From: Spongospora subterranea f. sp. subterranea
Lineage: Eukaryota
Reading direction: 5' to 3'
Assembly (NCBI GenBank): GCA_049724395.1
Contig: JAUGWO010000063.1
Coordinates: 1-64,000, forward strand
DNA length: 64,000 nt
A program made the translations under genes and the position numbers. Positions 22,327-34,060 of this stretch are shown here, one piece after another. A model generated the notes under the pieces. The model made no database searches. It was not told where the DNA came from and saw only the letters and a list, made by a program, of their open reading frames with translations. The first letter of the stretch is position 1, and the number at the start of each line of letters is the position of its first letter.

Positions 22327-23939
22327 GCCAATCCTGTCTCATAAATTTTGACTTCGTTATTCTGAATCTCAATCTACCTCGCGTGTCGTATAATGCAATA
22401 TCGGCTGCTGATTATTGATCCGGTCAAGATTACAACATTTGGATATGGCTCCAATAGGTTTATAGCAAAACGCCCTTTGCTCAACGGTGTCGTTAGGTTA
22501 TTACCATTTTACATCGCTTGCTGGGAAGCGGTTGTATTCAATGCCAGGAAAGTCGCAACTGCAATCAGCTTGAAAATGATTATTTCAAAATATGAACTGT
22601 TGAAACAGGAACAAGGTCAACGTCCCTCTTGATCTGATTATAAATTGACTATCAGGTGATCATATCGTTGTTTCTCCCTGGCACCGATTCTTGTTTTCAA
22701 CAGTCGATAGGCAATTCCCTAATGTGGCTGCAGTGCCTGACAATGTGTCGAACAATATCTCGATATCACACACAATACCGAAACTTGCTGATGTCAATGT
22801 GGCAATGTGTTCAATGTCTCATCCCGAGGATAATTTCACTGCATTGGTATCACAGAAACGGTGTTGGTCGGTTTTACTGATTTTTGGTCACGGTATTGTC
22901 TGTTAAATGAAGGCAATCTTCACATTGATATTCATTTTCAACCAGGCGATCAAACACCATGCAGGATTCGGCAGTTGATGGAATCAAAGTTTTCAGAACC
23001 TCACTACGGTGGACGCGTTTGATAGAGATTTATAAACAGAACCTGATGTTCATCACTTCGCCGAGCCCTGGCTTTGTGAGTAGTTCATCTACAATTCACA
23101 TTCTAGTCTGCAGAGCTCGGTCGACTGAAATCGGAGCGGAGAGAGGAAAGAGAGAATGGTGCGAAAGATAGAGATGAGCGAGAACAACGAGAATGGAGAG
23201 GTGTGTATTATGATGGACAAAAAGGACCGGATTGCAGTAAAATTTTAACAACGATCAGAATTATCGTAATCTATTCAAATCCTGTTTTTTTAGCTTGTTT
23301 AGTGAGTTCGTCATTTTTATCGCTATGGCCTATTTTAATGGTGTTTCACAGTATACTTGGGTATTTCACGATTTCGTTCGTGTCCACATCTGGTAAGTCT
23401 CCTGATTATCGTTAGTCAGTTTTGCCAATAGTTTAGCACATGAGGCCATGATAAAGTTTTGCTGGTTTATCCATGACAGGGAATCTGTCAAAATGAGGAT
23501 GTTCGTTCCCCAATATTCTTGATTAACCGCAATGTCTAATCCCATTCGTACGAGGACGTCTCTTCCATTCCTAGTTGACGGATGTTTCCGTCTCTTCTTT
23601 CTCGTTTCCGATACTCTCGTTCAGTTTGCGATTGTCAATCGGTAGTGCTGCTGCATCTTCACCCTGATCATCGTGTTTGAAACGTCCATCTGTCCATAGC
23701 TCATTGTCTGGGTATTTTGAAAACATGTATCCTTTTGTGTTTCTTGATTGCGTTATTCCTTTTATGTATTGATTTTAGCTTCATATAGCCCCTTAAGAAT
23801 GTTGGGCGATATCACCCTTCTGGCATGACCGTTCTCATATTTGTCAAACCCTCATTCTCAAATTCATAAACAACAACCTCGAGCGTATTCAACGGAACAC
23901 AAAGTGTTGTTCTCGTGGGCACTCTACTCTAGGGCGCCG

Positions 23940-25320
23940 CAATTGACTGGGTTCACCATTGTTTGAGACCGATGACCCGTTTTTCGAAAGTATCGAAGCA
24001 CGTTTCGACGCCCAAGCCGAAGCGCGTCGTCGACCTTGCCTCAAACGTTGCAGGCTGGCAGCGGCGTTCGGGCCAGGGAGTCTGTTGCCGAATCGTGATT
24101 GTGATTCAAGCGCGTTGTTGGCCTCAAACAAAGGGGAATACCAATGAAGTGCGGTCAGAGAGTAGACTGCCCACAAGAAGTTTAAGTTGGCGTACTGTTT
24201 GAATACCTTCTCAACTGTTGTTCAGAATCCGGATCAAAAGGAAGACACGCAAAACGTGCTTCAGAACCGTCAAAAGGATATGGTTGAAGCGGTTCGGTAA
24301 ACAATGGGTTGTTCGGGAAAAGGATGTCGGGTTTCTGAACAGGTCCATGGAACGATCAAGAGCTGTTTTGCCCCCCAAAAACTGGGAGATCTAGCGACAT
24401 ATATGCTGATGAAGCCAATCGAAGAAATAACTCTCTATACAGATTCTTCCGGTCCTAATCTGAACCGAAACTTAACTTTAAACTAAAATAAACAGCGCTT
24501 CAGGATTCTAGACTCAACCAACGCCTGTGACCTCAGCATACTGACGAAAATAACTCTGGAATACTCTGCCTGAATACGATCTCAGTCGGCCACATCGACG
24601 CGTCAAGATTTAAAAGATATTATATTCGAGATACAATCCTGATGAATTTTGAAATCACGAGTGAGGAGAATCAGGTGATCAGCTACTTGATGTCCTTCGA
24701 AAACCTTTAATCAGGGACCACGGTCTCGAAACGCAAAATCGCAATTTTGTTGGAAGGACTAGGTCCACCAGCCCTGAAAAATGCAATCGAACAGCAAGTG
24801 GAAATCAGTAATGACGATGAAGTGAAGCACAACGTGCCCAAGGCATTCAAGCTGATTCTGACGACGACCAAGGACCAGGACAGATTCCAACGCTGCGCCA
24901 GATGGTCATCTGATAAACCATCTGATAAACCACGAGTCGATCAAAGCAAAATTCTAACAATAGTTGCTCACAATCGAAGCGTCAGAGCAATCCAGCGACG
25001 CCAGACCAGGAATCGAAATAGGTTCCTGAGAAATTGAAGAAGCGCTACGAAGCAAAGCCGATTCCAGTCAATGGCCTGTGCGTCAATTTCAGGGAACTCA
25101 ACCTTATCACCGATCCTGAACCTTACCCTCTTCCTCCAATAAACGACATTCTACGACAACTCGACCGTGCGAAGATTCTTACCAAGATCGACTTCAGTGA
25201 GGCATTCAATCTGGTCCCGGTCAAGGAAGGAGACGAATAGAAAACTGCATTCAACTATGGATAGGGCACTACCAGTACTTGGTTCCTGCGTTCTTTCAAC
25301 GCTTGATGGATGAGCTCTTC
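23940..25320 (+). pseudogene. Decayed Gypsy gag and RT fragments
   Basis: EGLGPPALKNAIEQ..AFKLILTTTKDQ resembles the 59302 ORF; LCVNFRELN..YPLPPINDIL..TKIDFSEAFNLVPVKEGDE*KTAF. Confidence 0.7.
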
Positions 25321-26119
25321 ATAGAATACATCGACCCCAAAAGGATGTCAAGGGAGTCCAATGTTTTCTCGGTGACAGTGGACTTAACGATCGATTAGCC
25401 GATTACTGATTCATTATTCTTACTGTACTGGACTCGCCGCATATCCAAAGAACTTCCACCAGATTTCAGTCTATGGCTTATGAATCCTTTCTTACCTATA
25501 TCAAGTTTAGATGAATGATAAACTTACATTCACCATTAAGTTCAAGTAAGCGCTTTGAAAGTCTAGCATTCTGAAGATTTTCTATGACATGTGGCTATTA
25601 TCGTACAGAAGCTTCAGGGGCACAAAATGTCTGGGCAAGAAACCGATTCATTGATCGATTCCATAAGTTGGAATAAGGGTTCCTGATATTCAACGGTCGT
25701 CGTGATCCATTCGGTTGCTGGATTCCTTTGTTCTGGCAATTGCGCATTGTATTTTTCTCGAGGTGAATTTGATGGTAGTATTGTTAATTATGGTCCAATT
25801 GAATTGAGTCTGTCTGCGTTATAATGACAATTTAGACAGATTAATTCGATTGATACCATCAAGTTCACCTCGAGAAAAATACAATTTTTCAGAATTCGCC
25901 TGCTCTCAGGGGAATGTAGTGCCACAGCGTTATCTTGGACTACCGTTGCACATCGCAAGATCCCTGAAATTTTCTCTCATCATTAGAAAATACAATCCTA
26001 TTGTCCTATCTTTCACCTGGCTACTCCAGTACTGAGGCGTCACTGCCGATAGAGTGCACTTTGGCCAAAAGCACAACATACAGTAGCGCCGAAAACCTCC
26101 CCAAGTGCATTATTATTCT

Positions 26120-26240
26120 GCGATGTCCATACCAGGGCTCCAGATATCTAAACTACACGGCGCCGACGATTTTCCTATGTGGAAAAGACGTATGATGGCT
26201 TTACTTCAAGACAAAGATTATGATGTGTCGATCCGCTATA
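26120..26240 (+). pseudogene. Copia gag N-terminal fragment
   Basis: ISKLHGADDFPMWKRRMMALLQDKD is typical of a Copia Gag start. Confidence 0.55.
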
Positions 26241-27344
26241 ATCCAACTACATTAGATTCCACATTATGCAGTATCCCTCTTACAAGATACGCCACATGTG
26301 ATCGAATATAACCACATTATGCAGTACCCCTCAAACTATCAGCAAACAATTTTCCAATACTTTAACCCATAATGGAAGAAATCAGCTCCATCATCAGTCT
26401 CTCGTATGCGTGAGAATGGAGTTGGAGTTGGAAATTCCCAATATCTTCTAAAGATATTCGATTCTACTGCAATTCACAATATCCTCCTGATATGCAACAG
26501 TAGTACAGTAGCATCAGCAAATGAGACACATTTAACAACAGGAACTTTAGCATGCTCCGAATGGTATGTGGAGCTGAATCGATCGTCATGATGGGGAGGT
26601 AGAGTAGACTTCAGAATTGGTAGATGGTTTTGTGGAAAAGCACACGATTTGGAATGCTATTGTTCTGAATGGATTGAAACGTCTCAAGCTTTGCCGTTTA
26701 AAAGTCCCAGCAATTTCAAAATCACGGAGCATGACATGGTCATCTCTGACAATGCCAAAAAGCATCTGTAGGTCAAAATACTTTCATTATCGTCCAGGAA
26801 CATTATCTCCGAATAAAGATTGAGTTTTGATATTAAAGTCATGATAAACCCAAGGCAGCACAGGCTTCAGGGATGAATTCTTCTTCTGAGAACGATTTGA
26901 TTTGGCTCCAATAGCTAAAATATATTGAGATACTCCTCCAGGTTTTCTTTTAATTGAGGCCGTGTATGCTCTAGTCTCTCTCGCAACGCCTCAATCAATG
27001 TGGTGATGTCAGCGGATGACTCATATCAAGACATCCAACCTATGAGAAGGTGTTCAGCGGTTGTCAGTGCCTCACTACCTGTAGTTGACTTGTGCCGACT
27101 AACCATTATGTAGAGAATGTCCAATCTGGCTCCTTAACTCGCATTCAGGGTCATCCTAGTAAATCGCATTTTGACAAAAACTCAACTTTACATCATTATC
27201 ATAAAACTGCAGGAGGTGATGCTCATAAACAAGGAAGCGGATATCAAAAGAAAATCACGAAGAGATCGCTCAATCGAATGGCAGTCAAAACAACAGACTT
27301 CTTAATTTCAGCCGAGTGATTATGTTTTGGATTTCAATGCGCTA

Positions 27345-27515
27345 CATTATATGGGTTCCAAGATTTCTGTCCGGTCCACATCAAATTGTTAAAACCGTGT
27401 CTGACCACATAATCAGCGTAAAAAATTTGGTAACTGATTCAATAAGTGAAATTCATGAGTATCGCCTGCGGTTCTATATTGCTGACTCTTCGCTAGAGAT
27501 TACTCACAACTGAGA
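27345..27515 (+). pseudogene. Gypsy integrase C-terminal (GPY/F) fragment
   Basis: GPHQIVKTVSDHIISVKNLVTDSISEIHEYRLRFY aligns with GPYQIVENNNGYVFTVMNLVDKSMRKVHGDRIRFY in the 9634 ORF. Confidence 0.55.
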
Positions 27516-28136
27516 TTGCAGGTTGCATATGATGGTGCCGGTTTTGAGATCGAACCGAATCTTGTAAATATCTTGTGCATTCTCGGACCAAGTACAAAAT
27601 GAATGTGATGAATGCACTGATCACAGAAAGACTCATTTTGTACTTGGTAGCGACACCGTGTTCCGAGAACGCGCAAGATATTTACAAGGTGCTCTCCGAC
27701 CTGTTCATAGATTGTGTCTCTAAGGATCTTATCAATTATTCTATTGTGACGCCGGAACATCCCTTTGACGAAAAATTATAATCTTCTAACAGAATCGTCA
27801 TCTAAAAGTTTAGTGGCAATCTCAGTACATGAGTGGAAACGACTACGATGCTCAGATTGATTTGAGAGCGCCAAGTTGCCGAAGATAGAATCTGACGGTC
27901 ACATCAACGTTAGATAGATAGCGCAACGACCAGTCAATCCAATGAATTAACTTAAAAAGAAAGGATATATCTGATCATGCTCGAAATAACGAATGCGATT
28001 GGCAAACTTCAAAGGACCCACGTGTCTTCAAGACTAAATAAACAGAATGAAAACTGGTAACACATGTTCGATGCATCGTGGAAGGTCTAACTGTAAACCC
28101 AACAAACATGGTAAACAATGTAACCCGAATGTTCAG

Positions 28137-28420
28137 TCAATACAGGGATTTACCTGGTGGTGCTGGCAACCGAAACTGAAGGTCGTGTAGTTGCTGTCTG
28201 AGGGCACTCCGATCCTGTATAAGCGAGTTGACTACAGAGGTATGAGAGTTGACTACAGGGGCATAAGCAAGTATGAGATCTTGGTTTTTGTCCCTCTCCG
28301 CGTTAGCCAAGGCCGCCTTTGCAGTCGCGAGTTCCGTCTTTGCAGCCGCTAGTTCCGCCTTTTCAGCCTCGAGTTCCGCCTCTGCTACTTCAATCTTCTC
28401 GTTCAAAGTTTCTATTGATA
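28137..28420 (-). CDS. Coiled-coil exon of an unknown gene or pseudogene
   Basis: [35 protein letters not shown] heptads; ends at a likely donor (CCAG|GTAAAT); no ATG in frame. Confidence 0.3.
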
Positions 28421-28548
28421 ATCGAAATGAGAATGACGACTCGGTCGATCAGTCTATGACTTTGTGACTAACGGTGACACGTAATCCGCGGACATGACGT
28501 CGCCCACTGTACTTTGGGTTTTATTTTTAGCACTGTAGAACAAGGCAT

Positions 28549-29126
28549 ACCAAGGCTGGCAAAAACCTACTTTTCGGGAAAACTGAAATTAGGTTTTAGG
28601 TTATTCATTTCAAAAACCTTTTTTGTTAAGGTTTTTCATCAGAATGCCGTATTTCCACTTTTTGCGTCGAGTAGTAGGTTTCTGGTGAAAACACCAGTTT
28701 TGCTGGGTTTCGAACTTATCTCATCCATTGTATTATTCAATTTGCTGAGGCTGATCATCGTTGGCACCATAATCTTCTTCTTCTGAACTCCATTGGGGAC
28801 GAACATCGTCCACAACGCTTTCTTTTGGATGCATCATCGTTAGGGACAGGAGCTGAAGCACTTGACCCGGTCGCTGGCACAAACACGAAGCCTCAGGCAT
28901 CAACGATCCTGATCCATCGATGTATAGCGCTCTTCTTGCAAGGTATCGATCATCTCGTCGTCCATGATGAGCTTTGGAGTTGGTTCCAAAGCTCGTAATG
29001 GATACCTCTACTTGCGCATTGTTTCAAAACCTTGAAAAACCTTATTTTTTCTGAAAGGCAAAAAAGGTTTTTCCAAATAACCTCAAAAACCTTCTGGGTG
29101 AAAAACCCCGCTCTGCCAGCCTTGGT
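28549..29126. mobile_element. Non-autonomous TIR element (MITE-like, ~580 bp)
   Basis: Terminal inverted repeats ACCAAGGCTGGCA / TGCCAGCCTTGGT; subterminal AAAACC/GGTTTT motifs; no coding capacity. Confidence 0.7.
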
Positions 29127-29944
29127 GTACACTGCACATAGTAGACCCCGCGGGTTACGGTACACTCACTTTCCCCAAATCTGCACCACATTATTCTGTG
29201 TACACTGCACATAGTAGACCCCGCGGGTTACGGTACACTCACTTTCCCCAAATCTGCACCACATTATTCTGTGTACACTGCACATAGTAGACCCCGCGGG
29301 TTACGGTACACTCACTTTCCCCAAATCTGCACCACATTATTCTGTGTACACTGCACATAGTAGACCCCGCGGGTTACGGTACACTCACTTTCCCCAAATC
29401 TGCACCACATTATTCTGTGTACACTGCACATAGTAGACCCCGCGGGTTACGGTACACTCACTTTCCCCAAATCTGCACCACGTTATTCTGTGTACACTGC
29501 ACATAGTAGACCCCGCGGGTTACGGTACACTCACTTTCCCCAAATCTGCACCACGTTATTCTGTGTACACTGTACACAGTAGACCCCGCGGGTTACGGTA
29601 CACTCACTTTCCTCAAATCTGCACCACGTTATTCTGTGTACACTGCACATAGTAGACCCCGCGGGTTACGGTACACTCACTTTCCCCAAATCTGCACCAC
29701 GTTATTCTGTGTACACTGTACACAGTAGACCCCGCGGGTTACGGTACACTCACTTTCCTCAAATCTGCACCACGTTATTCTGTGTACACTGCACATAGTA
29801 GACCCCGCGGGTTACGGTACACTCACTCTCCCCAAATCTGCACCACGGTATTCTGTGTACAATGCACATAGTAGACCCCGCGGGTTACGGTACACTCACT
29901 CTCCCCAAATCTGCACCACGTTATTCTGTGTACACTGCACATAG
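29125..29944. repeat. 73-bp tandem satellite, 11 units plus 17 bp
   Basis: GTGTACACTGCACATAGTAGACCCCGCGGGTTACGG... starts at 29125, 29198 ... 29928. Confidence 0.97.
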
Positions 29945-30034
29945 GGGTGTCCACGGTAAAATTCTCACTGTTGATTTGATTGACACACAAGTGTACTCTC
30001 TCTTTAGATCTCCTACAACTTTTAGAAAAAATGA

Positions 30035-30915
30035 ACACATTCATTCTTGATATCCGGTTAACATGGAACTCTTTCAAGAACCCAAGTTGATTTCTTAGAT
30101 TTAACAATTTTGAAATCCTCCTCGAAGGAATTATCTCGTTCAAAACCTTCTCCAAACCGATTAGCACCTTTCAGTATCTTCCTCCTCATTCCACACACCC
30201 AGCATCTATTATTAGAGGATTCATCAAAGGTGAACTAATCCGTATCTGCCGAAATAATACTTCTCTAGACGATCGAAGAACTTTTAGCCTTTTATTATTC
30301 CAAAGACTAAAACTTGGCGGCTTCTCTCACCAGTTCCTGGTTAACATCTTTTCGTTAATCAACATTAACCAGCGCAACCCTATCCAACGACCAATTAAGG
30401 CCTTTATCCCGCTCATCATCCCTTTCTATCCTTCTAATCTTTAAAGAGACATTCGGGAATTAGTGAAACTACTTAACCGTCATCCATGGACTCTACAGGC
30501 TCAACTTCAAATTCTAGTTGTATTTAAAAAGAGCCAGAATGTGTTAGCTTTAAGCAGTTCATCAAACATCTCTGCCGACCAAGCCCTGATGTTAGAAAAT
30601 AACGCCTGACTTTGATGAATCCTCTAATAGTAGATGCTGGGTGTGTGGAATGAGGAGGAAGATACTGAAAGGTGCTAATCGGTTTGGAGAAGGTTTTGAA
30701 CGAGATAATTCCTCCGGAGGATTTCATAATTGTTAAATCTAAGAAATCAACCTGGGTTCTAAAAAAGTTCCATGTTAACCGGATATCAGGAATGTGTTTA
30801 TTTCAGAGACTAAAACTTCGCGGCTTCTCTCACCAGTTCCTGGTTAACATCTTTTCGTTAATCAATATTACCCAGGGCAACCCTATCCAACGACCAATTA
30901 AGGCCTTTATCCCGT
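30035..30915 (+). mobile_element. Penelope-like retroelement RT C-terminal fragments with inverted and direct duplications
   Basis: ISFKTFSKPISTFQYLPPHSTHPASIIRGFIKGELIRICRNNT..LFQRLKLGGF matches the PLE RT thumb/C-terminal region; ~30611-30795 is an inverted copy of ~30035-30228; ~30796-30913 repeats ~30293-30410. Confidence 0.75.
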
Positions 30916-31014
30916 ACTGGGTTTTTTCTCAAACTCGTAGGCCCCTGGAACCCCACTTTTTCAAGAACTCCACGCTCCAGCAGGATATGTACCGATATAG
31001 GACACCTATCAAAG

Positions 31015-33847
31015 TAGGCCTCGGCAAGGTACGGTACGATACCTTTAGTACCCGGTATTTGAAAGTCCGTACCCCGTACCTTTTAAAGATAGGGTACGAG
31101 GTACGGGTACAGGGTACGGTACGGTACAGGCTCTGTACCGTACCCGTTATACCCGTACCTTTTAGGTTGTTAGGGGAAGGTACATTGTAGGGACTGCGTA
31201 CCATACCCGTAACCCGTTATATAGGAGCTGTCCCCTGTCCGTTACGGTCTTACGGAATAATTATTCTCGGAAGCTGACATGACATGCCCGTCAGTCCGTG
31301 ATCCTGAATCACCGCGTCATTTGAGGTCTCGAGTGAAAATAGACCAGTTCGCCACGTAATGGAAGACCTCGAGTACTTGTCTGAGGAACCACTACTCACG
31401 ACGGCTGGATCCCGAAAAAGGCACAAAGTCAGTTACGTCTGGGCTCACGTTAGGCAATATGACGCTGATCGTGACCGAAATTCAAATGCTGGCAAGTCCC
31501 AGTGCCGCTTCTGCTTGCATTGGTTTTCTGCGTCGATAAACGCGTCAGGATGGAAGCGTCATCTGCTGAATCATGGGATCAAGGATCCTGCGTCGCAGTC
31601 GGACTCGAGCCACAACTCCTCTGGGTTGCGCCTATCCAAGCAGACCTTGCTCCCGTCGCCACCCAACCCGAAAGAAACTGCATTTTTGCATAACTCTGTG
31701 GTTGATTACGTCGTGACGTCTCTCTCGCCTCATAATGTGGTAGAATGTACCACCTTTAAGAAGTTGATTTCGACGTTTCGCCCTGGCTATATTTTGCAAT
31801 CAGCCAGGACGATTGGCAGACGCGTTTTGGAACTATACGTTATCACACTTCCCTTGATCGCTGCTTTCTTACAAGACCTTCCTTTCAAATTTTCGTTATC
31901 ATTCGATGGCTGGACCAACGCCCATATGAAGGTAGTTTTTGTAAATATTGTCAATGTCCCAGATGTTTAGGTTGGGGTTTCTGCAGGGTTTTTACATCGT
32001 AACCATTCACTTCGTGGATCCAGCTATAGGAAAGCTTCGCTGCATGCTCCTCAACGTGTTTAGGCCGGACCCTGGCGATGGAGTTGGAAAACGGTTATCA
32101 ATCATGCTGTTTGATTTTCTGTCCTCTTTGGGAGACAATGTTTTGCAGAAGGTCCGTGCCATTGTTACTGACAACGGTTCGGACGCAATTGCTGCCGGAA
32201 ATTATTTTGTCAACCTTTGCAAGGAACGATGTTCAGAGGACCCCAAGTTCCAGCCTTGCTGGTTAATTCGCTGCGTCGATCACAGTATCCAGCTTGCTGT
32301 AAATGAGGCGCTTCGCTTCATCAGGGATCAAATTAATGATAAGCTGCGGTGTATTCTTCCAGCGATTCGACATAGCAAGACGCGACGCGAGGCGTTTCGC
32401 AAAGAAGCTGCTTTAAGAAACCAAACATCGTTGGAACCTCCGTGCTTGGATTCGAAAACGCGATGGGGATCGACCCACGAGATGTCGAGTCAGAGCTATG
32501 ACAAGCGCAAGATAATTGATCACTGCGTCGAAGCCTTCGATGATTTACAAGATTATGCTATTTCAACGGAGGAGTGGCGGCGCATTGGACACGTCGCTAA
32601 ATTTCTCAAACCCATTCGAGAAATTATGGAAGGCTTATCCGCAGAAACGAGTAGCACCATCTCCATGGTGCAAGATCAAATTGATTTTATATTCAACCAT
32701 TGCGAGCAAGCAATTATCTCCAGTTTTGAGCCTGAGCTGATCAAACTTGCCGCACAGAGTATGATGAACAAATTAGGTACCTACCGCAGCAAGCTGACTG
32801 GTGTTCACACCAAAATCGCTGAGTATTTGGATCCAAGGTTAGAGAAGCCTTATGATCCCGACGAAAGGAACGAATTGAAATCATTCATTCGTCAGTAAGT
32901 CAATCTGACATGGGTTCATGTGCAACGAGCCGATTTATTACTTCACAGGATTCTGATCACCCAATATGGATTCCAATTGTCCCAAGATGGTGTGGTTCTT
33001 GCAAATGCTTGCCCGGTCGAAGCTTCCGGGAGTGCTTTGCTGCTTCGTCGTCGTCGACTGACTCAAACACTTCCGATGCAAGACGAAGTGGACAAGTTTC
33101 TTAATGTATACGAAAATGAGGATGTTGATCTCATATCCTACTGGATTTGCCATGCAAAAGCTTACCCTTATTTGTTTCTCCTGGCAATGGATGTTCTTGC
33201 CATACCATCGTCATCTACCGCTGTGGAAAGAGCTAATTCTGAGGCAGGGCGAGAGTATTCAGATCACAGAATGTCACTGTCACCAAACATGTTTACAGCA
33301 TCCATGTGTGTCCGATCATGGATGAACAACGGATTGGAGCCTCCCAAAGACCGACATTCAGCCGCTAAAGCACTGTCCTCAGACTTCAGTGACCGGCTCT
33401 TAGATCTTCAAGTTCAAGAAGATGTCCAAGAAATCGTGATACAAGAAGGTCACGTGCTACCTGCGGGGTAATGAAAGTACACTTTCAACTGCCAATATAA
33501 AAACCATGTGTTCATCGTATTTGAAGAAGCATATAGATGAAAGTTGAATTCAAATTAACGGGACTGGTTCGTGGAGCGCGGCTATGACGAGGCCTTTGTC
33601 TAAAACCGACCATAATACGCACGGGTGTTTCAGGCCAGCGCCATGTTTTTGAGGGTACGGTACAGGTACGGGTACGGTACGACACAGCCGGTCTGTTAAA
33701 AGGTACAGGTACGGGTACAGCCATGAAGTGTATCGTACCCGGTACCGTACCCGGTACGATATAAATAGCCTAAATGGTACGGGTACAGGTATTGGATGGG
33801 GTAAAATACCGTACCCAATACCTCGTACCATACCTTGCCGAGGCCTA
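31015..33847 (+). mobile_element. Full-length hAT DNA transposon (2833 bp)
   Basis: TIRs TAGGCCTCGGCAAGGTA / TACCTTGCCGAGGCCTA; dense subterminal (G)GTAC(C/G)G repeats; flanking 8-mers TATCAAAG / ACTCAAAC form an imperfect TSD. Confidence 0.95.
31359..33471 (+). CDS. hAT transposase, 3 exons (31359-31931, 31987-32894, 32949-33471), ~667 aa, apparently intact
   Basis: BED finger (VWAH..CRFC..WKRHLLNH); SFDGWT; VTDNG; RCVDHSIQLAV; TRWGST; dimerization domain LAIPSSSTAVERANS; GT-AG introns of 55 and 54 nt restore the frame. Confidence 0.9.
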
Positions 33848-34060
33848 ACTCAAACGCCAATTTAGCGTTAATTGCTGTTAATTGATACCCGAACCCCGTG
33901 TCTTAGTGTAAGTGTTCCTTTCTGTGCCTACGCTGTGTACAGTTTAGTGGCAGAGTGTGTCTAATGAATAAGGTGCCGTAACAGTGACCCAAATTTTATC
34001 GCTTGTTTTGCAGATAGACAAATGAGCTCCTGAAAGAAGGTCGGTGGATCAGGTTGGGGG

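Noticed and set aside
29125..29944. 73-bp repeats as a CRISPR, tRNA or hammerhead-ribozyme array
   Set aside because: No variable spacers, no T-loop GTTC or cloverleaf, and no CTGATGA...GAAA core seen.
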